DNA of 64,000 nucleotides from Mycobacteriales bacterium (GTDB lineage Bacteria; Actinomycetota; Actinomycetes; Mycobacteriales; QHCE01): NCBI GenBank assembly GCA_013362805.1, contig JABFVL010000004.1, positions 74,034 to 138,033 of the forward strand, read 5' to 3'. Shown piece by piece: positions 36,996 to 46,234 of this stretch (position 1 is its first letter; each line of letters starts with the position of its first letter). The notes under the pieces were generated by a model. It saw only the letters and a program-made list of their open reading frames with translations, ran no database searches and was not told where the DNA came from. The position numbers and the translations under genes were made by a program.

Positions 36996-38543
36996 ATGCC
37001 TAGCCAACATGCCAAAGCCGGCCGCAAAGAGTGGATCGGCTTCTCCGTCTTGATGCTCCCGCTACTGCTCGTGTCGATGGACGTATCCGTTCTCTACTTC
37101 GCTGTCCCATACATCAGCCAAGACCTAGAGCCCAGCGGCACCCAACAACTCTGGATGTTCGATATCTATGGATTTGTCTTAGCTGGACTGCTCATCACCA
37201 TGGGGGCACTCGGCGACAAAATCGGTCGCCGTCGACTTTTGCTCCTCGGCGCACTCGCCTTTGGCAGCGCCTCACTCCTGGCGGCCTACGCGCACACCGC
37301 CGAAACACTCATCGCCGCCCGCGCCCTGCTCGGCATCGGTGGAGCCACCCTCATGCCTTCGACGCTCGCTCTCATCCGAAACATGTTCCACGACGAAAAA
37401 CAGCGCAGCACCGCCATCGCGATCTGGACCGGCGCGATGACCGGCGGAGTCGCGCTTGGGCCAATTCTCAGCGGATTCCTACTCGAACATTTCTGGTGGG
37501 GATCGATCTTTCTCATCAACACGCCAGCCATGGTCGCCCTGCTGCTTCTCGCCCCCATGCTCGTGCCCGAATTCAAGAACCCCAAAGCTGGCAAGTTTGA
37601 CATTCTCAGCTCCGGGCTATCACTAAGCGCAGTGCTGCCGACGATCTACGGCATCAAAGAAATAGCCAGCCACGGGCTCGAACTCGCCCCAGTTATCTAC
37701 ATCGGAATCGGGATCGTCCTTGGAGCGATCTTCGTGCGCCGGCAACTCACCAGCTCACATCCCATGATCGACCCACAACTTTTTCGCCGACGCGCCTTCA
37801 CCGGCTCCATCGCGATGAACCTGCTCGCCATGTTCGCGCTCGTTGGATTCGCGATTTTCACCACCCAATACCTGCAATCCGTGCTTGGCATGAGCCCATT
37901 CGAAGCCGCGCTCTGGAGTCTGGTGCCCTCTTTAGGTGTTGGAGCGGCGGCGCCCGTTGTCACGAAACTCGCCCAACGCGGCATCAACCGTGCCTACGTG
38001 ATGGCCGGAGGCTTCACAATCGCCGCACTCGGCTTCGCGGTGCTCACCCAAGTGCAGGCCACATCAGCGCTCTGGGTTGTGCTGACCGGCGCCACCATTT
38101 ATGCCGCGGGACTCATGGCGGTGATGACACTCGTCACCGAAATGGTGATGGGTGCCGCCCCACCAGAACGAGCAGGCACCGCGTCAGCGCTACTAGAAAC
38201 GGGTACTGAATTTGGCGGCGCGCTCGGACTGGCTCTTTTGGGCAGCCTCGGCGCCGCCACATTCCACCGAGAAATGGGCAACGCGAGCGATGTGCCACAC
38301 GCGGCACAAGACACTCTCGGCGGAGCCCTTGCCGTTGCCGCCCAGCTGGATGAGCCCATACGGGAAAACCTCGTCGCTACCGCGCGGGAAGCATTCACCC
38401 ATGGTATGCAGATCGCGGCCATCGGCGGCGGGCTGGTGATGGCCGCCGGAGCAATATGTGCGGTCATATTTCTTCGCCATGTCGCACCCACGGTCGAACC
38501 CGAGGGCAGCACCACCGCGGAACTGGCGCCCTCGACGAGGTAA
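36996..38543 (+). CDS. MFS drug-efflux transporter, DHA2 (14-TM, EmrB/QacA-like)
   Basis: 515 aa with about 14 helices and motif A GALGDKIGRRRLLLLG. Classic TetR-MFS divergent pair. Confidence 0.85.
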   Translation: MPSQHAKAGRKEWIGFSVLMLPLLLVSMDVSVLYFAVPYISQDLEPSGTQQLWMFDIYGFVLAGLLITMGALGDKIGRRRLLLLGALAFGSASLLAAYAHTAETLIAARALLGIGGATLMPSTLALIRNMFHDEKQRSTAIAIWTGAMTGGVALGPILSGFLLEHFWWGSIFLINTPAMVALLLLAPMLVPEFKNPKAGKFDILSSGLSLSAVLPTIYGIKEIASHGLELAPVIYIGIGIVLGAIFVRRQLTSSHPMIDPQLFRRRAFTGSIAMNLLAMFALVGFAIFTTQYLQSVLGMSPFEAALWSLVPSLGVGAAAPVVTKLAQRGINRAYVMAGGFTIAALGFAVLTQVQATSALWVVLTGATIYAAGLMAVMTLVTEMVMGAAPPERAGTASALLETGTEFGGALGLALLGSLGAATFHREMGNASDVPHAAQDTLGGALAVAAQLDEPIRENLVATAREAFTHGMQIAAIGGGLVMAAGAICAVIFLRHVAPTVEPEGSTTAELAPSTR

Positions 38544-38671
38544 CCATCCCCGAATCGAGACGCAGAAGCCACGTTCACCAACACCGATGTCGTTGCCGAT
38601 AAGAACGACATCGAAGCCGCCAAAGAAAAAAGTGGGGGGCACTGGATAAGCGCCCCCCACGAAATACCAGC

Positions 38672-39172
38672 TCAGCGGTAGTTCACAAACTGCAAAGGCA
38701 CATCAACATCCGCGTCCTTCAACAAGGCAATGACAGCCTGCAGGTCGTCACGCTTCTTGCCGCTCACTCGCAATTGATCGCCCTGAATTTGCGCCTGAAT
38801 GCCCTTAGGGCCCTCGTCGCGAATCAACTTGGCGATCTTTTTCGCCTGCTCAGAGCTGATTCCCTGCTGAATGGCACCACTGACTTTGTAAACCTTGCCC
38901 GACTGCTTCGGCTCAGCGAAATCTACCGCCTTCAAACTGACGCTTCGTTTAATCAACTTTTCCTTGAAGACTTCGATAGCGGCCTGTAGCCGCTCCTCCG
39001 TCTCAGCCTCCAGCGCTACGGCTTCCTCGCCGGACCACTCAATTTTCGCGCCTGTCCCCCGGAAGTCATAACGTTGCGCCAGCTCTTTGCCCGCCTGACG
39101 CAATGCGTTGTCCACCTCCTGACGATCAACTTTGTTCACAACATCGAATGAGGCATCGGCGGCCACAGGCAA
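38672..39172 (-). CDS. yajQ: YajQ family (UPF0234) nucleotide / c-di-GMP-binding protein
   Basis: [33 protein letters not shown] signature. The start is either TTG at 39172 or, better spaced from AAGGAG, GTG at 39166. Confidence 0.85.
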   Translation of the reverse strand: MPVAADASFDVVNKVDRQEVDNALRQAGKELAQRYDFRGTGAKIEWSGEEAVALEAETEERLQAAIEVFKEKLIKRSVSLKAVDFAEPKQSGKVYKVSGAIQQGISSEQAKKIAKLIRDEGPKGIQAQIQGDQLRVSGKKRDDLQAVIALLKDADVDVPLQFVNYR

Positions 39173-39289
39173 CTCCTTGAAACATGGGGGTGTGGTTCAC
39201 GTGGACAAAAAGGCATTGGATATCCTGCCATTCGTTGCCAGGTTAGAACACGGCAACACCGCACTAGTGCGGTGCCACAACCACATAAT

Positions 39290-39371
39290 GGCGGTGTGCC
39301 CGAGCGGCCAAAGGGAGCAGACTGTAAATCTGCCGGCTCAGCCTTCCTAGGTTCGAATCCTAGCGCCGCCA
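39290..39371 (+). tRNA. tRNA-Tyr (anticodon GTA), long variable arm
   Basis: GGCGGTGTGCCCGAGCGGCCAAAGGGAGCAGACTGTAAATCTGCCGGCTCAGCCTTCCTAGGTTCGAATCCTAGCGCCGCCA. The acceptor stem pairs (one G-U), the anticodon loop is CT-GTA-AA, and CCA is not encoded. Confidence 0.9.
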
Positions 39372-39382
39372 CAGGTTGGATC

Positions 39383-39422
39383 AGGTGGGGTGTGTTTGCG
39401 GAAACGCAGACGCGCCCCACCT
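39383..39422 (+). terminator. Long hairpin after tRNA-Tyr
   Basis: AGGTGGGGTGTGTTTGCG-GAAA-CGCAGACGCGCCCCACCT forms a stem of about 18 bp (with G-U pairs) closed by a GAAA tetraloop, 12 nt after the tRNA. Confidence 0.5.
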
Positions 39423-39640
39423 AGTCATTTGCCCCACAGGCTGTTTTACCCCTGGCCTTTCAACGCGGACCACCACCCGTCGCCCCCGAGCTTGTGCAAT
39501 GTCCGCTCCAGCCGTCAGCAAACTTCGAAGCCGATCGTGCGACGGAACCAGAATCACGTATCGATACGGTCGAAAAACATAGACTCAGCAGGCATCACCC
39601 TTGGCGGCCGCAACGAAGTGAATTGTGGAGGGCCCGAAAA

Positions 39641-41317
39641 GTGTCGACAGATGTGCGCCAGCCACAGCAAATTATCGCCGATATATGTGAGTCGCAACAA
39701 AAACGGCGGGGAAACTCCGAGTCGCTCTCATTCATTCTGTGTGGTTTCGGTAATTCGATAGACCGCTATGGCCAATTTGATATTCCTACGCTATTTCGCA
39801 CCATGACACCGGGCCCAATGCACGGTATTCGGATGATCGAACGAACTAATTTCCATAGGCTCGCGATGAAAATTGCCATTGCGGTCGCCACTGGCGAGGA
39901 TTCAGTGGAAGGGCCAGCAGAAATGTACTTACCTCGCATAAGCAGCCGTTCCGATGACGAACGGGTCCCTCATAGTTTCGAGGCTTTTGTCGAGCCGGCG
40001 CGGCAATTACGCCGTTTCTACGAGCTGTACGAAATTGAAGAATCAGAAACACGAGTCGCCGGAAATGCCGGTCGCACAGCGGATGCGGCTTCCGCCGCCG
40101 GGCATCGCGTTCTGCTTTGTGCGGAAGACCGCCCCGATTTCTTCTTAAAACAGCTGAATGAACATGTCTATGTTGCCGAAGGCAAGCTCACGGGTGACGT
40201 ACACCCCGTACCGGCCCATTTGGCAAAGCCGAATAAAGCCAATAGTGGGCATTTAGCTGTGAGTCATATCCTCTACCTGAAATGGGAGGGATACGCGGTT
40301 CCGAATGCGCCTGACCCGAATGATTACAAACCCAGATGGTACACATCGGCCTATCAGGCCGCCAAAATTCGGCGTCGCCTCGAAACTGCCAAATTCGATT
40401 ACTGGCGAAACCTGGCAATTGTTCAAGCATTTCGTGAAGCACACGAGCAGGAGAAGCCATCTGGAATACGAGAAGCCAAGGCGATCATTACTGAGAATGT
40501 CAGCGGTCCACAAATGGATCACCGATACGTTCGATTAGTTCAAAAACTGATCGTTGCGGGGCAAGCGGCCGTGAGTTTGTACTCATCGGGAACGAAGTGC
40601 GACCTCAGCACCCACAAACGAGAGCTCGATTTCATCGTGGACAGCATTCAGCAGACCGCTCAATGCGCCAATGACGCGAAGGTCGACGTACTCCAGCATT
40701 ACGAAATGGCCACGTGGCGTCATCCCGAAGCCCGCGAATACGTCATCGACCGTATCGCCGATTCGATCAATTCATTAGGCGGCAACGAGCCGGACATGCG
40801 CCGCCTTTATGGAGAACCTGACGCGAAAGAGCTTTCTACCACAGAACTCGCCCGCCGAATCAGTGAGAAATTTGGAGTAGCACGGGTCAACATCCATACC
40901 GATGTAGGTGCTGTCACAGTCTTGGCGAAGTCCCGCACACTACCGATCAGCATCCAGCAGGAAAAGCGAGCCCTGGAGTTGGGGTGTGTGCGAGCTGCTT
41001 GCTATATCGCCAGCGGGTCGTATCAAGGAATGCCCACTCAGCCCGATGGGTCTCACATGCGCAGCGTTGAAAGTGTATTTCCCGATGGAAGAGGCACCAT
41101 CTTTTCTGACGAGCGATACGAATACGCCCGAGTGCCAGGACTACATCTCGCAAAAACAAAGCAAGGCGCGAACGGTGCGGGCGAAGTTTTCCTTTCAGAA
41201 GTATTGGGCGCGCACCAAGAGACGTTGATGGCGATCAACAGAGGCCGGCTCGCCAGCCAGCTTCACCTTCGACAAAGCTACGGCAGAGGGCGCAGATGGC
41301 CTTTCCAGCGGAAATAG
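39641..41317 (+). CDS. Orphan large protein with ribokinase-superfamily / ADP-dependent sugar kinase-like motifs (divergent)
   Basis: Track ORF is 39494-41317. GTG at 39641 sits 8 nt after GGAGGG and is the more plausible start. Motifs line up with ADP-dependent glucokinase/PFK blocks: FILCGFGNSIDRY (compare LLAYNTNIDAI), INSLGGNEPDM (compare VGLNEVEL), VARVNIHTDVGAV (compare RIHFHTYGYY), TKQGANGAGEVFLSEVL (compare KSTVGIGDTISSSAF). The GxGD aspartate is replaced by Glu. Confidence 0.35.
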   Translation: MSTDVRQPQQIIADICESQQKRRGNSESLSFILCGFGNSIDRYGQFDIPTLFRTMTPGPMHGIRMIERTNFHRLAMKIAIAVATGEDSVEGPAEMYLPRISSRSDDERVPHSFEAFVEPARQLRRFYELYEIEESETRVAGNAGRTADAASAAGHRVLLCAEDRPDFFLKQLNEHVYVAEGKLTGDVHPVPAHLAKPNKANSGHLAVSHILYLKWEGYAVPNAPDPNDYKPRWYTSAYQAAKIRRRLETAKFDYWRNLAIVQAFREAHEQEKPSGIREAKAIITENVSGPQMDHRYVRLVQKLIVAGQAAVSLYSSGTKCDLSTHKRELDFIVDSIQQTAQCANDAKVDVLQHYEMATWRHPEAREYVIDRIADSINSLGGNEPDMRRLYGEPDAKELSTTELARRISEKFGVARVNIHTDVGAVTVLAKSRTLPISIQQEKRALELGCVRAACYIASGSYQGMPTQPDGSHMRSVESVFPDGRGTIFSDERYEYARVPGLHLAKTKQGANGAGEVFLSEVLGAHQETLMAINRGRLASQLHLRQSYGRGRRWPFQRK

Positions 41318-41321
41318 CGCT

Positions 41322-41888
41322 CTATCGAGCCTTGTACCCCACAACCTGGTATGTGAGATGGACAAACTGATTCACCCGCTCAACATGCGCGAGCGACAAA
41401 CGTTGAGAAGTGAGCCGTCTTGGCAATAGTGGAGCACCCCGACCGAGTGTGACTGGCGCGATAGTGAGGATCATCTCATCCAACAGCCCAACGTCGGCGA
41501 ACAAACCAACCAGCTCTCCGCCACCCACAAGCCAGATGTTTCTCCCTTGAGCGGCAGCAAGCATCGCACTGTGCACCGGCTGGACATCGCCGCTGACGAA
41601 ATGGATGTTCGCCCCAGCTACGCTCGGCAACTCGCGGTGCGTAAAAACCCAGCATGGAACCGCCCCGTACCAGGTTGTCCACTTTGCCGGGTCTTCAAGC
41701 AGGTTCTCGTGTTCGAGAACCCACTCATATGTTGTGGCACCCATCGCGAAGGCACCGATATTGCTAAAGAAATTGTCAAAATTTTTGTTTCCCGCTGAGT
41801 CGACCTCGAAAAGCCAATCCAACGAATTGTTTTCATCGGCCAAGAACCCATCGACGCTTGTGGCCGTGTAGTACTGAATTTTCGTCAT
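41322..41888 (-). CDS. Dihydrofolate reductase family protein (RibD C-terminal domain type)
   Basis: MTKIQYYTATSVDGFLADENNSLDWLF ... GATTYEW ... IWLVGGGELVGLF ... LLDEMILTIAPVTLGRGAPL. The start is ATG at 41888, or 41897. Confidence 0.75.
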   Translation of the reverse strand: MTKIQYYTATSVDGFLADENNSLDWLFEVDSAGNKNFDNFFSNIGAFAMGATTYEWVLEHENLLEDPAKWTTWYGAVPCWVFTHRELPSVAGANIHFVSGDVQPVHSAMLAAAQGRNIWLVGGGELVGLFADVGLLDEMILTIAPVTLGRGAPLLPRRLTSQRLSLAHVERVNQFVHLTYQVVGYKAR

Positions 41889-42023
41889 ATCGGTCATGCT
41901 TCCAGTACGTCCTCTTCGCTCCAACAATTAAAGACTCGAAAAATTCTGATCATCTCGTCTACGATCAGCTGCCGACCTGCCCACAAGGCAGCTCCCGACT
42001 CCTCATGGAAAGGTGCGCGGAAC

Positions 42024-42710
42024 GTGCATATCCACGGCAAAACCAACTCATCGATGGTCCGCATCGCGGGCGGTTCCGTGGATCGTCGAGATGAGCGCCG
42101 CGGCGCTCGCTGGCAGGTAGACATCGCGCCTTTCCTACTCGGCGCATTTCCCGTGACATTGGGTTTGTATCGCTCTCTAACCGGCGTGGAGACGAACTCA
42201 GCGAACAGCTCAGCTACGCCAATAACGAATGTGAGCTGGCTCGATGCCATAGAATTCTGCAACCTGTTGTCCACGAAATCGGGGTTGGAGCCCGTATACA
42301 CGCGGTCACCGGAGCGCGAAGAGGTGAACTGGGACAGGACAGCTAACGGCTTCCGGCTGCCATCAGAAGCGGAGTGGCAGTACGCCTGCAAAGCGGGCAC
42401 CAGCGGATATCGCTATGGTCAGATCGACGACATCGCGTGGTACGAGGAAAATTCAGGCGGCCATGTTCATGACGTTGGCACCAAAACGCCGAACTCGTGG
42501 GGCTTGTACGACATGCTGGGAAACGTGTGGGAATGGTGCTGGGACCTCTACGACGAGGAAGTGTACGGTTCCTATCGAATTTTCAGGGGCGGCGGCTGGG
42601 CGGAATCGGAACGCGGCTGTGGAGCGACAGTGCGGCGCCGTAGTCACCCCACTTTTGCGATCGACGACCTGGGGTTTCGTCTTGCTCGTAACGCGTCTGG
42701 GGCTTCGTGA
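42024..42710 (+). CDS. Stand-alone FGE-sulfatase (SUMF1/EgtB/PvdO-type) domain protein
   Basis: PVTLGLY, PITNVSWLDAIEFCNLLS, GFRLPSEAEWQYACKAG, NSWGLYDMLGNVWEWCWD, RIFRGGGW and DDLGFRLARN. I saw no signal peptide and no other domain. Confidence 0.8.
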   Translation: MHIHGKTNSSMVRIAGGSVDRRDERRGARWQVDIAPFLLGAFPVTLGLYRSLTGVETNSANSSATPITNVSWLDAIEFCNLLSTKSGLEPVYTRSPEREEVNWDRTANGFRLPSEAEWQYACKAGTSGYRYGQIDDIAWYEENSGGHVHDVGTKTPNSWGLYDMLGNVWEWCWDLYDEEVYGSYRIFRGGGWAESERGCGATVRRRSHPTFAIDDLGFRLARNASGAS

Positions 42711-42817
42711 CAGTTTGGGTGCCTTATGCCAGCGAGGTTAAGGACACGCCAAATAAATGCGGTCAACTTATGCTCTAGCTAACTGCATATTCGGATATTG
42801 CACTAGAGACTGCACGT

Positions 42818-43213
42818 ATGGACACTAGGGAAACCGTTGCGGAGTTTCTTCAACGTCGTGCGAGCGGCGACATTGATCGGATCATGGAAATGGTAGCCGA
42901 GCCCGCCGATTTTCGTTCATTTGGAACTCCGGTCGCCCCATGGCTCGGAACTTTCACTGGACGGACCAAGGCCAGAGAGTTCTTCACCCGCCTGTTCGCG
43001 GGCACCCAAGCCAAGGGAGCCACTGTGGACGCGATCTTGGTGGATGGGGCAGAGGCCGTGGTTTTGGGCGACCTTGCCGTGACCGTTGTCGCGACAGGAC
43101 GCACCTACAAATCACCATTCGTGCTTCGACTCACCGTACGGGACGGCAAGATTGTGCGACACCACGTCTTCGAGGACTCACTCGCATTGCATCAAGCTAT
43201 GAGCGGTCAATAG
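42818..43213 (+). CDS. SnoaL-like / NTF2-superfamily small protein
   Basis: 131 aa. ETVAEFLQRRASGDIDRIMEMVAEPADF ... LRLTVRDGKIVRHHVFEDS is the typical cone-fold pattern. Confidence 0.6.
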   Translation: MDTRETVAEFLQRRASGDIDRIMEMVAEPADFRSFGTPVAPWLGTFTGRTKAREFFTRLFAGTQAKGATVDAILVDGAEAVVLGDLAVTVVATGRTYKSPFVLRLTVRDGKIVRHHVFEDSLALHQAMSGQ

Positions 43214-43232
43214 GCTGCGCCGTTGCAGCAGG

Positions 43233-44471
43233 TCAATGGGGCAGTTTTGGGATTTTTACATCCGAGTCAATCTCATAGACGCGCATCTGCGAAGAACCAG
43301 GCGATGAATATTGCTCATCGCCCCTCGAGAAGTCTTGGTACTGCGAACTTTGTAAAAACCGTTCGCTATTTAGCTCCTGGCTATATCGATTGGTGCCATG
43401 TTGCGGACCCAACGCGCCGTCATCCTCGCCGACGAACACATATTGAGCACCGCCACTCGTGGTGACTCCCCCGTCAAGTTCCGGCACCTCATCTTCGGCG
43501 TTGTCGACATGTAAAACTTTAGTGCTGGCGTTGGCTGGTGCGTCTTTATGCTGCGCCGGCGAACCGATGGTTTCCACGTGAGTGATGTGATAGCGATCCG
43601 CGATGTGCCTGTTAGCCGCGATATCCATCACGCTCATTCCGCCTTGGCTGTGCCCGACAAGTTTGACGTTCGCTCCAGCCGGAATCGCGTCTAGCATCGC
43701 CTTAGTTGTGCCTTGAGTCAGCTGACTGTTATTAGTGACATAAGTGTTCAACGTGCCCGGGGTTCCATTCGCACCGACGCTATTGACCGCCATGCCTCGG
43801 ACCACAACGACGTAAGAATTCTGTCCAGTCTGGATAACGCCTACTTCACCCGGTTTTAATATGCTCGTCGCCCTCAACGCATCGCCGGACTTTCGCATCC
43901 GCACCGGAACATTTTTGTGATGCCTGGCTGACACGGCGATGAACGTATCGTTGACCACGTGGCCGGCCGAGCCAAGCACTCGACGAGCGATGCCCACGTT
44001 GATTCGGACAAGTCGCTGCGCCCGCGCTTGGAAACTTGGAGCCAGCGCGACTGGCCCGGCCATGCCTGGGGTGAGCAAGATGAGACCTGCTGAATCGATT
44101 CCAGTGAGATCAGTTAACAGCTCGCGACCATCGCCGACTACGTCGGTGATCGCACCCCAGGCCGAATCCAGTGGACTTGTTCCGTGCCCGTCGAATATTT
44201 TGGCGTCTTTCACCTGTTCATCGATGGCCCGGGCGATATCTTCAGCCCGCCTGGCAACCGGCCTCGCACCTAATGGGTCCGCAACGGTTTCAGTTGTGTC
44301 AAGCGCGGCCCGCCGCAACGCGCTACGCGCGGGCTCGGGAAATTGCGCCGCCGCGGCGCGAAGCTCCTCCAGACATGTGCGGATAGCACGAATGAGACGA
44401 TCTGATTCCGCCCCATATTCCCGCACGCATGCGGCCAAACGTTCAGCCCCAGCCACATCGACTTTCAGCAC
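43233..44471 (-). CDS. Putative secreted lipase-type effector: N-terminal helical domain plus C-terminal alpha/beta-hydrolase
   Basis: Nucleophile elbow VKLVGHSQGG (nt 43638-43655), as in family I.2 lipases. Downstream TIGSPAQH and acidic and His residues could complete a triad. The N-terminal 130 aa or so is Ala/Arg-rich and helical. GTG at 44469-44471 sits 1 nt after the partner gene's TGA and is preceded by GGGAG. The alternative in-frame start is the ORF-track start at 44576. Confidence 0.55.
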   Translation of the reverse strand: MLKVDVAGAERLAACVREYGAESDRLIRAIRTCLEELRAAAAQFPEPARSALRRAALDTTETVADPLGARPVARRAEDIARAIDEQVKDAKIFDGHGTSPLDSAWGAITDVVGDGRELLTDLTGIDSAGLILLTPGMAGPVALAPSFQARAQRLVRINVGIARRVLGSAGHVVNDTFIAVSARHHKNVPVRMRKSGDALRATSILKPGEVGVIQTGQNSYVVVVRGMAVNSVGANGTPGTLNTYVTNNSQLTQGTTKAMLDAIPAGANVKLVGHSQGGMSVMDIAANRHIADRYHITHVETIGSPAQHKDAPANASTKVLHVDNAEDEVPELDGGVTTSGGAQYVFVGEDDGALGPQHGTNRYSQELNSERFLQSSQYQDFSRGDEQYSSPGSSQMRVYEIDSDVKIPKLPH

Positions 44472-44472
44472 C

Positions 44473-44706
44473 TCAGACTCCCACGGTTTCGTGTATCTGC
44501 GTGTAGCTCTGAGCCGCTCGTGCCGCGAATTCCCCATAGCGCCGAATATCGTCGGCGAGATGGCAGGATTGAGCAATGAAGTGCTCTGCGGCGAGCTGAT
44601 AAGTCCAATCGACCTTGTCAGCTTCGCGTCGAAGCTCTTCGCCGATTTCGCCTAATCTCGCCGCATTTTGGATGAGGGCTCGACATATCACGGCCACGTC
44701 AGTCAT
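44473..44706 (-). CDS. Small (77 aa) helical protein, candidate WXG100-like partner of the lipase effector
   Basis: ATG at 44704-44706 is preceded by GGGGA. The sequence reads as two predicted helices (ALIQNAARLGEIGEELRREADK / HLADDIRRYGEFAARAAQSY). Its stop is coupled to the downstream lipase start. Confidence 0.4.
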   Translation of the reverse strand: MTDVAVICRALIQNAARLGEIGEELRREADKVDWTYQLAAEHFIAQSCHLADDIRRYGEFAARAAQSYTQIHETVGV

Positions 44707-44797
44707 ACACATCCCCAATATCCGGTGAAGTATTCATCCACCCTGGGTTTAAGGATGACGCAGATAGGCCCGGCGCGAGCTAGTTGTCCACAGGCGA

Positions 44798-46234
44798 CTA
44801 ACTCACCTGCGAGGCAAGACTATTAGCCACATCAGTGGCCGCCTCAAAAATTTCGTCTGGCCACACGCTAGCTATTACGGTTGCGATAACCGATAGGCCC
44901 AGGGCACACCAAATCCACGCGGAAATCGGCACACGGCGCACTGGAGGACCCGCAACAAACATGGCGCGGGCTAGACGCAGATACACGGCCGCTCCCACCA
45001 CGATGCCGATCGCAACAGCGGCGGAGACAATGCCCTCTATCCAGCCAACCGAACCATCAAATAGCGAGGACACCACAGCGACTTTGGCCCAGGTTCCCGC
45101 CAAAGCCGGCGGAATGCCAGCGAGCCCCAACAACCCGAAAAGCACAATCGCGGCCAGCACTGGCCGGTTTCGGGCGACACCTTGCAAATCCGCGAGAGTT
45201 CCGCCGTCATCGACTCCACGGAGCGCCAGTAGCGCCCCAAACACCACCAAGGAAATAGGGACATAGAAAGCGAGATATGCGAACGCCGCTTGGGCGCCAT
45301 CGGCGGTGACCAACGGGGCGACCACATATCCGAGTTGTGCCACCGAAGACCAAGCGAGGAGCCGCAGTGTGCGGACCTGGCGCAATGCCGCAACGCTGCC
45401 TATCACAATCGTGAGCACCGCGATCACACTCACCAATGCGCCCGGCGAACTCAAATGCGACCGTGCTGTGTTCAACGCGAGCACAAATGCGAAAAGCCCG
45501 CCGACTTTTGACACCGTCGCGAGGTAGGTCGTAACTGGTATGGGGGCCGAATCGTATGTGGTGGGCGCCCAAGCGTGAAACGGCACGGCGGCAAGCTTGA
45601 AAGCCAAACCAGCAACGAACAGCGCGGCGCCCAAAGCCGCCAACGGCGCCGCATCATCGGCGATGGATGCCTGGGCTAGCGCGCTGAAATGCACCTGTCC
45701 CGACACTGCGTACAACAGCGCCACACCCAGCAATGTCACCGATGTGGATACCACGGACAACACGAAAAAGGTGACCGAGCCACTGGACCCACGTGAGCCG
45801 AATGCGACCAACACATAAAGGGGCAAGGTAAGCAGTTCTAGCGCCACAATCAGCGTAAGCACGTCCCTGGCACCAAGCACACAGATGGCGCCCAGCAGCG
45901 ACCCGAGCAGCAGAAAAAGGTATTCCGCGGCTCTATCGCGGTTTTCGCGCAGCCAGGGAACCGATAGGCCCAACACGATGGCCACTGTCGCGCATAGCGC
46001 TGCGGCAGCTATCCTCGATTCACGAGATGTCACATAGGAGCACAATTGCTCTGTGCAAAAGCTACGCCGCTCGTCTGCGACTGTGGTAGCCAAGGCGGCG
46101 GTCACACCCAAACCGGCGAAGCCAACGCCGAGCAGCACTATTCGTGGAACTGGCACCAGATCTAGAACGAAGATCAGCAAAATCGCACCAGAAAGCGCAT
46201 AGAGCGGAGCTAGTGCGGCGTGGTCGATCGTCAT
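44798..46234 (-). CDS. nuoN: NADH-quinone oxidoreductase subunit N
   Basis: Polytopic antiporter-like subunit, last in the nuo order. ATG at 46232-46234 overlaps the nuoM stop (ATGA). Confidence 0.85.
   Translation of the reverse strand: MTIDHAALAPLYALSGAILLIFVLDLVPVPRIVLLGVGFAGLGVTAALATTVADERRSFCTEQLCSYVTSRESRIAAAALCATVAIVLGLSVPWLRENRDRAAEYLFLLLGSLLGAICVLGARDVLTLIVALELLTLPLYVLVAFGSRGSSGSVTFFVLSVVSTSVTLLGVALLYAVSGQVHFSALAQASIADDAAPLAALGAALFVAGLAFKLAAVPFHAWAPTTYDSAPIPVTTYLATVSKVGGLFAFVLALNTARSHLSSPGALVSVIAVLTIVIGSVAALRQVRTLRLLAWSSVAQLGYVVAPLVTADGAQAAFAYLAFYVPISLVVFGALLALRGVDDGGTLADLQGVARNRPVLAAIVLFGLLGLAGIPPALAGTWAKVAVVSSLFDGSVGWIEGIVSAAVAIGIVVGAAVYLRLARAMFVAGPPVRRVPISAWIWCALGLSVIATVIASVWPDEIFEAATDVANSLASQVS

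Noticed and set aside
41894-42400. 168-aa minus-strand ORF overlapping the start of the FGE-domain gene.
   Set aside because: The plus-strand frame carries an unmistakable FGE-sulfatase domain. The minus-strand product has no recognisable features and would also overlap the DHFR-family gene start.
43939-44655. 238-aa plus-strand ORF antisense to the lipase effector.
   Set aside because: The translation is Ser/Ala/Arg-rich and low in complexity. The minus strand carries the GHSQGG hydrolase..
39290-44790. Possibility of an integrative element at tRNA-Tyr (att repeats, integrase).
   Set aside because: No integrase, recombinase or transposase-like ORF is present. I could not find a copy of the tRNA 3' end near 44.6-44.8 kb by eye. 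A computational repeat search would be needed to exclude short att sites.
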